From Eledone cirrhosa (lineage: Eukaryota), in contig OZ024745.1 in NCBI GenBank assembly GCA_964016885.1, positions 122,078,001 through 122,142,000 on the forward strand: a stretch of DNA of 64,000 nucleotides, read 5' to 3'. Positions 25,217 through 37,935 of the stretch are shown piece after piece. Positions within the stretch are counted from its first letter, which is position 1; each line of letters starts with the position of its first letter. The position numbers were made by a program, and so were the translations under genes. The notes under the pieces were generated by a model, which was not told the origin of the DNA, made no database searches, and saw only the letters and a program-made list of their open reading frames with translations.

Positions 25217-25735
25217 ATAATTGTTTCTACTTTTGGCACAAGAGCAGCAATTACCCCAGTCCATTGCTGGTACTTTATTTTATCGACCCCGTAAGGATGA
25301 ACGGCAAAGTTAACCTCAGCAGGATGAACTAGGTGTCAGAGAGTCATTATTAAGTTTATTCAGGTGTGACATGCGTTTTGTGATTGATGAGCTCGTTAAT
25401 GATTCACCAATGAATCCAAGAGTTGGATGAGCTATTGATTCCTGAGTTGGGGGTCGGTCGATACACTTTCAACCTTGAGCTGATTAATTGTGAAACATGC
25501 ATCACACCTGAATAAACTTAATAATGATACTGACACCTTGTTGGCAGTATTGTTAGAGCATTGGACAACATGCTTTGCAGCATAGTTATGGCCCTTTACG
25601 TTGTGAGTTCAAATCGTGCCGAGGTTACCTTTGCCTTTTATCCTTACGGGGTCGATAAAATAAAGTACCGGTCATGCAGTGGGGTTGATTTAATTGACTT
25701 TTTGCTGGCCTTGTGCCTAAAGTAGAAACAATTAT
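25217..25735. mobile_element. inverted SINE pair enclosing a ~210-bp foldback
   Basis: SINE(-) 25217-25322, inverted repeat 25331-25538, SINE(+) 25541-25735. Confidence 0.8.
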
Positions 25736-26465
25736 TTATTATATATAAATATACATAAAATGATGCTACATTTTTTAGTTTCTTGTTTTTTTAGTAAAGA
25801 AAATAGGATTTCCTAAGAGCAATTAAGGATGCTAAATGGAAGTCATCAGAACTGGGTATGAATCATCATCATCATCGTTTAACATCTATCTTCCACACTA
25901 GCATGGATTAGGCGGGTTTGTCTCATTTAAGGCAAATTGGGTCGGGTGACTGTGTCTCGCTTGTATAGGACTATTTCTGGCTAGTTTTCTACAGCTGGAT
26001 GCCTTTCCTAACTCCAAGCACATTTACAGTGTGAACTGGGTGCTATTTGCTGTGTCTTTTACACATCCACTTTACAGTGTGGGCTGTGTGTTTTTTGTCA
26101 TGACACCTACACGATCACCTTACAGCGTGGGCTTGGTGTTTTGTGGTACCAACATAACTTTACAGAGTAAGAGTAGTGTGGGCATGAATGTAATGAAATA
26201 ATCACAGCAGTAGTACTGTACTTACCACAAACTCTTTAGAAATATTAAATTCGGCTCATTTAGTTAAGTGGTATGTCTGAAAAACCAGCTTGTTGAGCTG
26301 CTTGATTCATTTACAAGGGTGTGTCATCATTGACCAGCACCAGCTTACTAAAATAGTTGACTTAGTCCTTAATAGTTACTTTAAGTGTTTTTTTTGAGAA
26401 ATTCCTTTTATATTCCACTTGTCAAATGAAGGATATTCTTGTAACTTGTAATATATTGAAGATTC

Positions 26466-26682
26466 TTAACCCTTTAGCATTTAAACTGGTCACATCCGGC
26501 CAGATCTCTCTCATCTCTTTCTGTTTAAACCGGCTGTAACTGGCCGCTCATACCTAGATTAAGGTATTGTTCTCAAAATAAATAGCATCAAAATCTTGTA
26601 GATTCCATATTATGTGAGATAATTATGTAAGATAAACGTTTTACTGCAAAAATATAGAGCAATGTAAATCCTAAAGGGTTAA
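26466..26682 (+). mobile_element. piggyBac-type MITE family 1
   Basis: TTAA-ccctttagcattta ... taaatcctaaaggg-TTAA. Confidence 0.85.
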
Positions 26683-26742
26683 CTATCTCACTTTTTCATT
26701 CTTTCTATCTATTTTGTTATCTTATCTCTTCCCCTCTGTCTC

Positions 26743-26780
<38 letters not shown>

Positions 26781-26929
26781 ATTGTATGTTTATAACTTCA
26801 TTCTTCTCTCTGTCATCATATATCAACTCCCAGTTGATATTCTTTCTCACTGAACACGAACTGAAAATCTGTTCGAATTACAGGACAGTTTCACTAATCC
26901 AGCAACCCTGGGACATGAGTAATGCTAGT

Positions 26930-27135
26930 CTGTCAAATATGCCAGTCTGTCAAATATGCCAGCCTGTCAAATATGCCAGACTGTCAAATATGCTAGCCTG
27001 CCAAATATGTTAGACTGTCAAATATGCTAGACTGTCAAATATGTTAGACTGTCAAATATGCTAGCCTGTCAAATATGCTAGCCTGTCAAATATGCTAGCC
27101 TGTCAAATATGCTAGACTGTCAAATATGCTAGTCT
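26930..27135. repeat. 17-bp minisatellite (ctgtcaaatatgctag[c/a]), ~12 copies
   Basis: Direct inspection. Confidence 0.95.
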
Positions 27136-27224
27136 ACTGGTTTAATTATATCTCTAAACAGAGAGAGAGAGAGTATGAGTAGTAGCAGTGTATCATCATT
27201 TTACACCTGCCATCTTTACTGGGT

Positions 27225-27970
27225 AAAGATTATATGATGTATGTATATGAACAGCAATGTTGCATGGCAGTGAGATGTGTGCAGAGGATCTATGGAGATT
27301 GGAAAGAAATGAAACTTCCATGCTTCTTTGGATGTGTAATGGTAATTTACTTGAATAACAAAGTGTAAATGACCTGTGAGAGAAACTAGACATAAGAGGA
27401 ATCGGATGCAGTGAGCAGGAGAAGAGAATGCATTGGTATGGACATGTGATGTGTATGAAGGATGACAACTGTATAAAAAGGTGCTGCGGGTTTGAGGTTG
27501 ATGGAAGCTATGGTGTAGGAAGACTTGGGATGAGGTGATAAAAGCTAACCTTTCACAATTACACCTCTCAAAGGTGAGGACACAGGATCGAGATCTCTGG
27601 TGTTATGCAGGAATACAGAAGCACCGACTTTTTACCCATGCCCAAACCCTCTCCCCCTCATTCCACCCACGCCCAAACACTCTTCCCCCTCACACACACC
27701 CCTAGAGCTACCGCCCAAATCCCCACACACATCCCCTACATCCCCAGCCCACACTGTAAAGTGGTCTTGATGGTGATGCAACAAAAAGGACCCAACCCAC
27801 ACTGGAAATGTGGTTGGTGTTAGGAAGGGCATCCAGCCATTGAAACCAAGCCCAAACCAGTTCTGTTTGAGCAAAACATGGTCATCAGATGTGGCTAGTT
27901 TTACAACGGGGTCATTCATCTAACCCATGCTAACGTGGGAAAATGGATGTTAAACATTGATAATGATGAA
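27225..27970 (+). mobile_element. RTE LINE 3' fragment
   Basis: AMLHGSE, RLERNE.SML.WMC and WYGHV motifs, plus the family 3' UTR. Confidence 0.85.
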
Positions 27971-28135
27971 GTATTAAATTTGATTTGGTCCACTTACATA
28001 CTCCAAAGTACACTTTGAAATTTAACCTTGGAGATGTATTTTAAACTTTGAACTAACAAGAAAAGATTTTTTTTTAAAAGCTAAGGCAGTCACTGTTTAT
28101 TATTATGTAATGTTTTATAACATTATTTGCTAATA

Positions 28136-28645
28136 GGGCGGTAGATTGGTAGTATTGGTAGAGGGTTGGACACCATGCTTTGCAGCATAGAGTTATGGCC
28201 CTTTATGAGTACAGGGTTGATAAGATAAAGCACCAATAATGCACTGGGGTAATTGCTGGCCTTTTGCCAAAAGTAGAAACAATTATAAGGGCAGGGCGGT
28301 AGATTGGTAGTATCGGTAAAGGGTTGGGCGCCATGTTTTGCAGCATAGAGTTACGGCTCTTTATGAGTACAGGGTTGATAAGATAAAGCACCAATAATGC
28401 ACTGGGGTAATTGCTGGCCTTTTGCCAAAAGTAGAAACAATTATAAGGGCAGGGCGATGGATTGGCAGTATCGGTAGAGGGTTGGACACCATGCTTTGCA
28501 GCATAGAGTTATGGCCCTTTACGTTCCGAGTTCAAATCCTACCGAGGTTAACTTTGCCTTTCATCCTTACGAGGTCGATAAACTAAAGCACCAGTAATGC
28601 ACTGGGGTAATTGCAGGCTTTATGCCAAAAGTAGAAACAATTATT
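28136..28645 (+). mobile_element. tandem array of three family-A SINEs
   Basis: Units start at about 28136, 28294 and 28451; the first two share an internal deletion. Confidence 0.88.
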
Positions 28646-28789
28646 TACTCATACAGAAATATGATACCAAATATGTTAAATAAATTATTGGTATTTATTG
28701 CACTTGTGCTTGTCATAGTTTTGGCATTGTTTTTCTGGTTGGATGCTATTCCTTTAGAGGATGGACTGTGTGTAATTATTGTGCTACCA

Positions 28790-29080
28790 GCAGGATTGAA
28801 GCATTCCCTCTTTCTTTTCTTTGCCCACATATTCCTGAGAGGGTCGTGGGGGCAAAGTCCTCAAATACTCCCTCCACTGGGTCCTGCCAGAAGCAACCAT
28901 CTCCAACTGATCCGGCTGGATCCACAAGCATGACCAGCCAGGCTTATGGATGTTATTCAACCCTCTTGCTCGGAGTCTACCCCTGGGTCTCCTACCTGTT
29001 TGTTTCACCTGTAAAATCTATCCAGTAAATTCTTTCCTAAGACATTCTAACAACATGCCCATAGTATCAGAGTTGTGATC
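28790..29080 (-). mobile_element. RTE (Expander-like) 3' fragment
   Basis: TGRRPRGR motif. Related copies at 33245-33545 and 36765-37005 on the + strand. Confidence 0.7.
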
Positions 29081-29278
29081 TCTAGACTCTGACAGTTTTT
29101 ATTCAGAGTTACTGCTATCTAAGACAGGTTGCTATCCCTATGACTTATTGTCATTTTCTTCACAGTGCAGTTTTATATAGCATTACTGCTTTCCTAAATG
29201 TACTGTGATGTGTGCAATATTTACTCAGACTTACTGCTCTCCTAGATGCTTTCACTGGCATTATTAGATTTCACAAAC

Positions 29279-29471
29279 AGGCGGTGGATTGGCAGTATTG
29301 GTAGAGAGTCGGACACCATGCTTTGAGGCATAGAGTTACGGCCCTTGCCATTCTGAGTTCAAATTCCGCCGAGGTTAACTTTGCCTTTCATCCTTACGGG
29401 ATCGATAAAATAAAGTACCAGTAATGTACTGGTTAATTGCTGGCCTTGTGCCAAAAGTAGAAACAATTATT
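29279..29471 (+). mobile_element. tRNA-derived SINE family A with 14-bp TSD
   Basis: Flanked by attattagatttca. Confidence 0.9.
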
Positions 29472-29832
29472 AGATTTCATTGGGCTGTAGTAAAACATAT
29501 CCCCATTCCTCATGGTTTTGTGTTCTCTTGCCTTTAACCCATTAGCATTTAAACCTGCCAGAATTCTCTCACCTCTTTCTGTTCAAACCGGCTGTAACCA
29601 GCCACTCAAACTAATGTTTAGGAGTTAAATCACAGACCTCTCATGCCTCATTATCATCATTTAACGTCCATCTTCCATGCTAACATGGGTCTATATAACA
29701 ACAATCCATCGATAGCCTAGTTTTCTGAAAATAATGTTTTCTCATTTCTTTGTTTTTATAATTTTGTATTGTTAGTAACATTTTTATCCCATAAAATTAT
29801 TATTTGTTTTATTTATTTATTCTTTTGTCTAG

Positions 29833-29954
29833 AAATACCAGAACGTTGATGAAGTCCGAGAGCATGAAATTTGAGCGTGATGGTATTGTTGTTCATAGAA
29901 ACAGAAATGGAGCAATCTCCATAGCAACTTCTAATGTACACGAAGACACTGTTC
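29833..29954 (+). CDS. AKAP13: AKAP13/ARHGEF28-like RhoGEF, exon D
   Basis: ttttgtctag| and |gtaagt; phase 2 to 1 matches both neighbours. Reads NTRTLMKSESMKFERDGIVVHRNRNGAISIATSNVHEDTV. Confidence 0.78.
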
Positions 29955-30249
29955 GTAAGTTGACAACTTTTCATATTGGCTATGATCATACCTGCCAAGA
30001 TACTTTATATGTAATACTAGTTTTTTGTTTTGTTTTGTTGTTTTTTTAAATATATTTTCACGTTAAAATATATTTTAGTTAAAACTCGATGCTATTTTTT
30101 TTCTTTATATTTCATCTTTATGGAGGCTAATAATGTTAAGTAGATTATTCTATTGGCTGCTTTAATGCCACCATCGTATCCTTGGTTGTATTTTATGGAG
30201 TTCAATCAGTTGTAGGCAGGTGGCATGAGTACTTGTATATAAGTCAATT

Positions 30250-31855
30250 TTTCATTGACTTTGTGGAAAATGTAGATCAGAAACTCGAATGCCTAGCTAA
30301 GCCTTTATCACCATTAAGGATCACAAGGCCAATTTTGTTACTAACCCAACCTGCAGACTGTTAAATCAAGCACAGACAGAGATTGGGCTTGTTAGCAAAT
30401 CTATACTTAAAAAATCTAGTCAACTAGTCAGGACCATTGACTCTGTTGTTAAGTGATTTAACTCCTTCCAACAAAGCTAAATTCACCCAGTTCGACACAG
30501 TGGACCTCTATCCTTTGATCTAAGTGATACTGTTGGATAAAGCTTTGGAATTCGCCACTATGTACATATATGTCTATGACTTGGACAGATAGATCATAAC
30601 CTACTGTAAGAAAACCTTCCTTTTCAAAAATGGATTTGCCTGGGCAAAAAATCAACTACTTCAGAAGTATTCAATGTCTCCATGGGATCATTTGATAGTT
30701 CTGATGTATGCAATTTGTTTGGGTTAAATATATTAGATACGTTGCAAGCCAAATTCCTGGACTACCACTAAGGTTTATACCGTGATGATTGTCTGACTCT
30801 ATCAAGCCATAAAAGTGGTCATGACCTTGACCGATTTACGAAAACCTGATAGCCATGTTTAACGAGTTAGGACTTAAGATCACTGTAGCCACCAATCTAA
30901 CTAGCAAGAATTACTTAAACATCAACCTAGATCTTAGCACACATGCATTCAGACCTTTACACAAAGTCAATGAAAAATTAACTTATATACACAAGTATCC
31001 ATGCCACCTGCCTACGGTCTTTAAAATCTTTGTCAAAAACAACAGTGCTAGGATTTCAAATCTTTCTTCTGACAAAGCCATCTTTGACAAAGTGGCACCT
31101 TACTATAACACTGTGTTAGCCAACAGTGGATTCTCCGATAAAATTTCTTACTCCCATCCTAATCACACTACCAGTAGAAATAAAAATAGAAATAAAAAAA
31201 TAATTTGGTTCTGCCCACTCTTCTCGCTTGGAATTAGAACTAATGTAGGTAAGAAATTCTAAGTGCTCCTAGACAAGCACTTACCTATAGGGCATAAGTA
31301 AACATTTATCTTTAACAGGCACAGGATGAAACTCGAATATTCCTGTGTTATAATATGAAAGCCCACATCACCACCTAACCCAAGAGTGCTCCCCACCCAG
31401 ATGCTCTTGCAGAAAGCCAGAATCGTGCCCTCTACAATAACTGTGTAACATACCTGCAGTTGCCTACGAGGCTAAAGTTAATCCACCTGCCCAAATCAAT
31501 AGCAGGAGGTCAAATCAATAGCAGTAGGTATGTCAGAGGGCCGGTTTAAAGAGTGCTTCCTTAACCATCAGACAACCTTTAGACTCTCTGACAAGTGATC
31601 GTTCACAAAGATGGCAAGCCAGATATGATCACTCAAGGATGAGGGCGCAAACTTTTCCATCCAATGGGAAATCATCACAAAATTAAGACCATACAGAAAT
31701 AGAACAAAGCTCTGTAAGTTATGCATTGATGAAAGCACAAATATCTTGAAGAAGTTATGTAATAGTGCTTGCCTTAACATGTGAGCCAATTTTTTTAATC
31801 GTTGCCCTCATGCTGGGAAATTTCTATTGTGTAACTGGAAGGACACAGGATAACC
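30250..31855 (+). mobile_element. Penelope-like retroelement (Naiad-type), RT plus GIY-YIG, pseudogenised
   Basis: FTQFDTVDLYP, MGSFDSSDVCNL.GL, GLYRDDCL, KIIWFCP.FS..IRTNVGKKF, CSCR..E.CPL, VAYEAKV, VGMSEGRFK, IQWEII, CKLC..E and RCPH.GKFLL; many stops. Confidence 0.85.
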
Positions 31856-32053
31856 AGAAGTTTAATCCAGGTTGAACTATCACAAGGGAATGTTCTTCCA
31901 AAGTTGTCCTCTCCCCTACAACAGTTATACTAGAGTTATCTCGCTTGTCACAGCCTCCACTATTAACATGCATAATGAATTAGGGAGGTAGATATAGGGG
32001 TGGGATGATTAAAGCGAGGGAGTGATGGGTGATGGGAGTGAAGATGGTGCATA

Positions 32054-32452
32054 CTAGATGTATGCCTCAGCTTGTGCCTTTTGTATTACTGCATAGTGCC
32101 AAAGATCATGGTCCTGTGTCATCACCTTAGAGAGGTGTAATTGTGCAAGGTCAGCTTTCATCACCTCGTCCCAAGTCTTCCTACACCCACCCACTCCATG
32201 GCTACCATGAACTTTGAGCACTCTGCACATTTTTATACAGCTGTAATTCTTCATATGCATCACATGTCCATACCAGTGCAATCTCCTCACCTACACACTG
32301 CTTCTCATCCCTCTTATGCCTAATTTCTCTCGCAGTTTATTCATGTTTTGCCGTTTGCGTATATTATTATTGTACATACATTGAAGCATGGAGGCTTCAT
32401 TTCTTTCCAATCTTCACAGGTCCTCTGCACACAGTGCCCACGTCTCACTGCT
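32054..32452 (-). mobile_element. RTE LINE C-terminal fragment
   Basis: RRLHWYGHVMHMK...RKTWDEV. Confidence 0.85.
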
Positions 32453-33898
32453 GGCAATTGAATTAAGAAATCTCATTTTATCTATAGCAGTTTATATTAA
32501 ATGGTAAAGAATAGAAGAGTTGATAGAATTAAGACTAATAGAGAATGTTAATATGTATTTTGACAATCAAACGGAGATGGGGACAGGCGTTCAATCCTGG
32601 TAGCGTTTGTAATATGAAAATGTAGATTTCAAGCGATGGTTACAGTATAACGATCGCTCTATTCTGTTATTTAATAACATATTTTTGGATTTCATAATAC
32701 AAAATATTTCCATATTACACAATTTACAAAATTCCTGTCCTTGGAAATATGCATGGGCAGCTTCTATTATATCCCATTTTAGGTTAAATTGTTGGTTATT
32801 TTCGCGTAGCTGCCAAGCCTTGTCTGCGAGTGTAGGTGGTGTGGATATATATGGGTGTGTATATATATATATGGTACTTATTGAGCTTGTATGTGTGTTT
32901 GTGTCTGCCTATAGATGTGTGTGTAGTTATTTGTGTATGGTGCTGATGATGTTTTATGTATTTATAGTGAAATAGGTGGTGTGGGTAATTATTATTTATT
33001 TGTTATGCAATGTAGTGGGCCTGTGTGCTCCGGGTGAGGTTGGGGGCTGCCAACGTCCAATTAGATATTGATAGTTCTGTAATGAAGTTCCTGGAGAAGT
33101 ATTGTCATTTTAATGCCGCTATTGGAATGGTGTGGTGGTGGGTACCTATTTAGGAGTAAACCTGTGTGGGTTAAGGATTGGATGTACAACTCGGGTTGTT
33201 GCAAGATGAACTTCTTGTGCACTGGCTGCGTGTACAGTGTAGTTTGAGGATCAGAGAGTTGCTCCAGGTAGAGTTGCTACTTCTCCGAATTGAAAGATCA
33301 CAGCTCCGATATTACAGACATGTGATTAGAATGTCTCAGGAAAGAATTACTGGATTGATATTATGGATAAAACCAACTGGCAGAAGACCCAGGAGTATAC
33401 TCTGAACAAGATGGTTGGATAACATTCCATGAGCTTGACTGGATCAATTGGAGACTTTTGCTTCAGATGGAACTCTCTGGAAGGAAAGTTTGTGGTTTGA
33501 GGACACTACCTCTACAATCCTCTCAGGAATAAGTGGGTAAAGAAGAACCTCGGAAGGATGAAAAGCAATGTTGACCTCGGCAGAGTTTGAACTCAGAATG
33601 TAAAGAGCCAGAAGAAATACTGTGATGACATTTCAATTGACACTCTACTAATCCTGTCAAACAATTAACTACGAATACAATATATACATTAACAATTCCA
33701 ATTAAAACAATATATCACTTTCTGTAACAAGACACTATTTAACTATTATTTTAAATGAATGTCTTGTTTAAACGAGGTATCCTGGATGCTAAAGCCTAAT
33801 ATTGACAGGCGATTATTTGAGATGGAAAGTTAATCTGTATGGTAATATTTTACTGAGCCCAATGTAGTTCGGTGAGCTTCTTTTTAATGTTCTGGCAG

Positions 33899-34408
33899 TC
33901 AACAACTTGTTCTAATGTTCCCCAATTTATTTGAAGGGTCACCAACTTGTTCTGAGTTTCCCCCAATTTATTTGAAAGGTCACCAACTTGTTCTGAGGTT
34001 CCTCAATTTATTCTAAGGGTCACCAACTTGTTCTGAGATTCCCCAATTTATTTTAAGGGTCAACAACTTGTTCTGAGGTTCCCCAATTTATTCTAAGGAT
34101 CACCAATATATTCTAAGGTTCCCCAATTTACTTTAAGGGTCACCAACTTGTTCTAATGTTCCCCAATTTATTCTAAGAGTCACCAACTTGTTCTGAGTTT
34201 CCTCAATTTATTCTAAGGGTCACGAACTTGTTCTGAGTTTCCTCAATATATTTTAAGGGTCACCAACTTGTTCGGAGTTTCCCCAATTTATTCTAAGGGT
34301 CACCAATATATTCTAAGGTACCCCAATTTATTTTAAGGGTCAGCAACTTGTTCTAAGTTCTCCCAATTTATTCTAAGGGTCACCATCTTGTTCTGAGGGT
34401 CACCAACC
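33899..34408. repeat. 40-bp minisatellite (dimer of ~20-bp subunits), ~12-13 copies
   Basis: caccaacttgttctgag.ttccccaatttatt.taagggt repeated. Confidence 0.95.
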
Positions 34409-34522
34409 GGCAATATTAACTTTCTGTATCTGATTGTATAATATTTGATATAATCTCCTTTCTTTATTATCTCTGTTGTCATTGGTTTCTTTAAACTTCA
34501 CTCTTCAATATTCTGCTGCTGC

Positions 34523-34699
34523 CAACACCATACACCACCGCTGCTAACACCATACACCATCACTGCCAACACCATACACCACCGCTGCTAACACCATACA
34601 CCACCGCTGCTAACACCATACACCACCGCTGCTAACACCATACACCACTGCTGCTAACACCATACACCATCACTGCCAACACCATACACCACCACTGCC
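34523..34699. repeat. 22-bp minisatellite (aacaccatacaccaccgctgct), ~8 copies
   Basis: Direct inspection. Confidence 0.95.
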
Positions 34700-34903
34700 A
34701 TCTTCATCCTTCTTCCACCTATTTTCACCAGTCTTCTTTGTCTCCCTGCTTATGTACATTATAACATTTACTCTGCTGTCTTTACACAAATTAGAATACA
34801 TTAAAAAAATATATATCACTCTTTTCCAACTAATCCTGTCATTGGTAATGTTTTTACAGTTAATTTTCTCTTAAATCTCTTTTGCTCTGTCTTTCTACAG
34901 CAG

Positions 34904-35220
34904 AGTATTTCATGGAACATGTATAATATAACTATTACTGTATGTTAGTATTGCATGGAACATGTATAATGTAACTCTTACTGTATACATTATTATTTCA
35001 TGGAACATGTATAATGTAACTATTACTGTATGTTAGTATTTCATAGAACATGAATAATATAATTATTAAAACGTTAGTATTTCATGGCACATGTATAATA
35101 TAACTATTACTGTATGTTAATATTTCATGGAACATGTATAATATAACTATTAACATATGTTAGTATTTCATGGAACATGTATAACTTACTTTTGTTAGTA
35201 TTTCATGGAGCATGTATAAT
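34904..35220. repeat. 43-bp minisatellite, ~7 copies
   Basis: agtatttcatggaacatgtataatataactattactgtatgtt repeated. Confidence 0.9.
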
Positions 35221-35223
35221 AGT

Positions 35224-35565
35224 GAAGGTGCATGTCTTAATAGTTAGAGCATTGGGCTTGCAATCTGGAATTTGTGAGTTTGATTCCCTGACTGGGTAAT
35301 GTGTTGTGTCCTTGAGCAAGATACTTTATTTCACGTTGCTCCAGTTTACTCAACTGTAGAAATGAGTTGTGACGTCACTGGTGCCAAGCTGTATCTGCCT
35401 TTGTCATTCCCTTGGACAACATCGGTGGTGTGGAGAGGGGAGACTGGTATGTATGGGCGACTATTGGTCTTCCTCAAACTACTTTGCCTGGACTTGTGCC
35501 TTAGACGGGAACTTTGTAGGTGCAAATCCCATGGTCATTTGTGACCGAATGGGGTCTTTACCCTT
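35224..35565 (+). mobile_element. tRNA-derived CORE-type SINE (family B)
   Basis: tRNA-like head (gagtttgattccc), CORE-like gtgtccttgagcaagatacttta, and TSD atgtataata. Relatives at 37130-37440(-) and 55668-55782(+). Confidence 0.75.
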
Positions 35566-37552
35566 ATGTATAATATAACTATTGCTGTATGCATTAAATG
35601 GATCTTCATCAATTTTGACAGTGAGGGTACTAGTTGTTCAGTAAATGGAATTAATGTATAAATGGTTGAGTATTTCACAGACACGCGAGTCCTTGATGTC
35701 ATTTTTAGAGAACTTCAGCATGACACAATGTGTGATAAATCTGGTTCTCTGAATTACAGGAACAGTCCATTTGACAGGCTTCTAAACAATTTCCATCTAC
35801 CCAGTTTTACTTACTGGGTTTTGGTGGACTCAAGGCTATGGTAAAAGACAGTTGCCCAAATTGCCAAACAGTGATACCAAACCCAGTACTCCATGGTTAT
35901 AAAGCAAACCTCTTAACTATTTGACCATGCTGCATTCAGATGTTTTGATGGGAGATTTAAGGAATAGAAAGTTAACCTTTAGGAGGCTGATTTTTTTATG
36001 AATTGCTTCCCTTGACACTATAGTATGTATTAAATGGCGATTACTCTATCAGCATCTTCTGTCACCCACAGCACCAAGAGGGTTAATCTGCATGTTAATA
36101 TTCTACTGATGTTATATGTACAAAGTTTCTTTTTGTTGTTATAACAGCCACCAACATGCAATAGATTATAGATTACTAAGAGTTCTGAGCTACTATTGTT
36201 GACCATACAATAATATGAGAAAATACACGTAGCTTATGTTCCACGTGTTACATCTAGTCAATAAAGCACTATTCAATTGGAGTAACATAATATGAATGAT
36301 TGTTCTCATGCAAATGTGTTGTTTCATTAATGTAATACTAGAAAATATTGAATTTCTATATGTTCTTAAAGTGAAAGGTGTTTTAGTTGAACATAAGAAA
36401 ACATGCTAAGAATGCCTCCATTGAATTATTTGTTATATAACTATTATATAAATTTATGCAGTCCTTAATGAGTTTGAGAAATCTTTAATGCAAGATCCCT
36501 CATGCTCTGCATGTTTTTTAGAGCAATAACTGCTGTAGCCATGGAAAGTTTATATGAAATTTCTAACCTGTCATTTGCCTTTCTATTCTGTTTTGCATTG
36601 GTCAAGTAGATCTTGATATGATGTCATCTAATCAAACATTTAATTCAACATACATAAACAACATAAACAAAGAAACACAACACAAAGGCTCTCATTAAAA
36701 GCATATGTATCTTACTGTATTATTAAGTACAAAATAAGAGCTATTTACCTCTTAATTGTTTGCATGTGGTTAGAATGTCTTAAGAAAGAATCACTGGACA
36801 GATTTTATGGGCAAAATCAACCAGCAGGAGACCCAGGGGTAGACTCTGAGCAAGATGGTAGGATAACATCCATCAGCTCAGCTGGTTTCAATTGGGGATT
36901 CGGCTGGATCAATTGGAGATGGTTGCTTCTGACAGGACCCACTGGTAGGAGTGTTTGAGGACTCTGCCCCCATGATCCTCTCAGGAATAAGTGGGCAAAG
37001 AAGGAAAACTGTTCGCTAGTTATTTGGATAGTCTAAACTATCACTTCATAGTTACAACAATACTAGATGATTATCAAAATTCTAAATTAATCAGATAAAT
37101 GCTTGTGTGTATGGGGGGGGGGGGGGGCTCTGCTGCTTCTGACGAGTGTTCTGGGTGTTCAAACAATGGAACAACCTGCTTGCGAAATCAATGTGCAAGT
37201 GGTTAGCATTCTACAGACACATGCACCATTAACATATTTGTCAGAGAGATTCAGCATGACACAGTAAGTGACAAGGCTGGCCATTTGAATTACAGGTACA
37301 GATCATTTTTACCAGCTGAGTGGACTGGAGCAACATGGCATAAAGTATCTTGTTCAAGGACACAACATGCTGCTGTGAATTGAGCTCATGGTCTTACAAT
37401 TGTGAGCTGAGTATCCTAACCACTAAGCCATGCACTTTCATATATTGTGTATATTGGATCTGATTAGACATTGTATATATCATTATTGATCTCCTAGCTT
37501 CAAGTTACTGAGAAAAAGGTATCAACGTTGATTATTTCTGTTTAATTTCCAG

Positions 37553-37645
37553 GTGGTGACATGGAACTTCTAAAATCAATTGAAACTGATATGGCAAAAG
37601 ACCAGCTGGATGTTGAATGTGATCAGGAAGATGACTTAAATCTTG
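37553..37645 (+). CDS. AKAP13: AKAP13/ARHGEF28-like RhoGEF, exon E
   Basis: tttccag| and |gtaaga; 93 nt, phase 1/1. Reads RGDMELLKSIETDMAKDQLDVECDQEDDLNL. Confidence 0.75.
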
Positions 37646-37715
37646 GTAAGAATGCCAATCTAATTCATTATAATTCATTCAATTGGTCAACTAATTATTA
37701 TATATACTTGTGTGA

Positions 37716-37935
37716 GGGCAGTGGATTGGCAGTATCGGTAGAGCGTCGGATAATACACTTCTCGGCATAGTTACGGTCCTTTACGTTCTGAGTTCAAATC
37801 CCGCTGAGGTTAGCTTTTCTTTTCATCCTTACAGGGTCAATAAATAAAGTACCAGTAATGCACTAGGGTTGATTTAATCGACTTTCCCCCTCCCCTTCAA
37901 AATTGTTGGCCTTGTGCCTAAAGTAGAAACAATTA
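37716..37935 (+). mobile_element. tRNA-derived SINE family A
   Basis: Consensus match just downstream of exon E. Confidence 0.85.

Noticed and set aside
31390-31855. In-frame TGA codons in the Naiad-like element read as selenocysteine
   Set aside because: The conserved Cys positions are TGC/TGT. The TGAs fall at likely Trp/Arg positions and co-occur with TAA stops and frameshifts, which indicates decay.
33899-34408. CRISPR-like regular repeats (also 26930-27135 and 21017-21188)
   Set aside because: The units are contiguous tandem copies with no unique spacers, there are no cas genes, and the context is eukaryotic.
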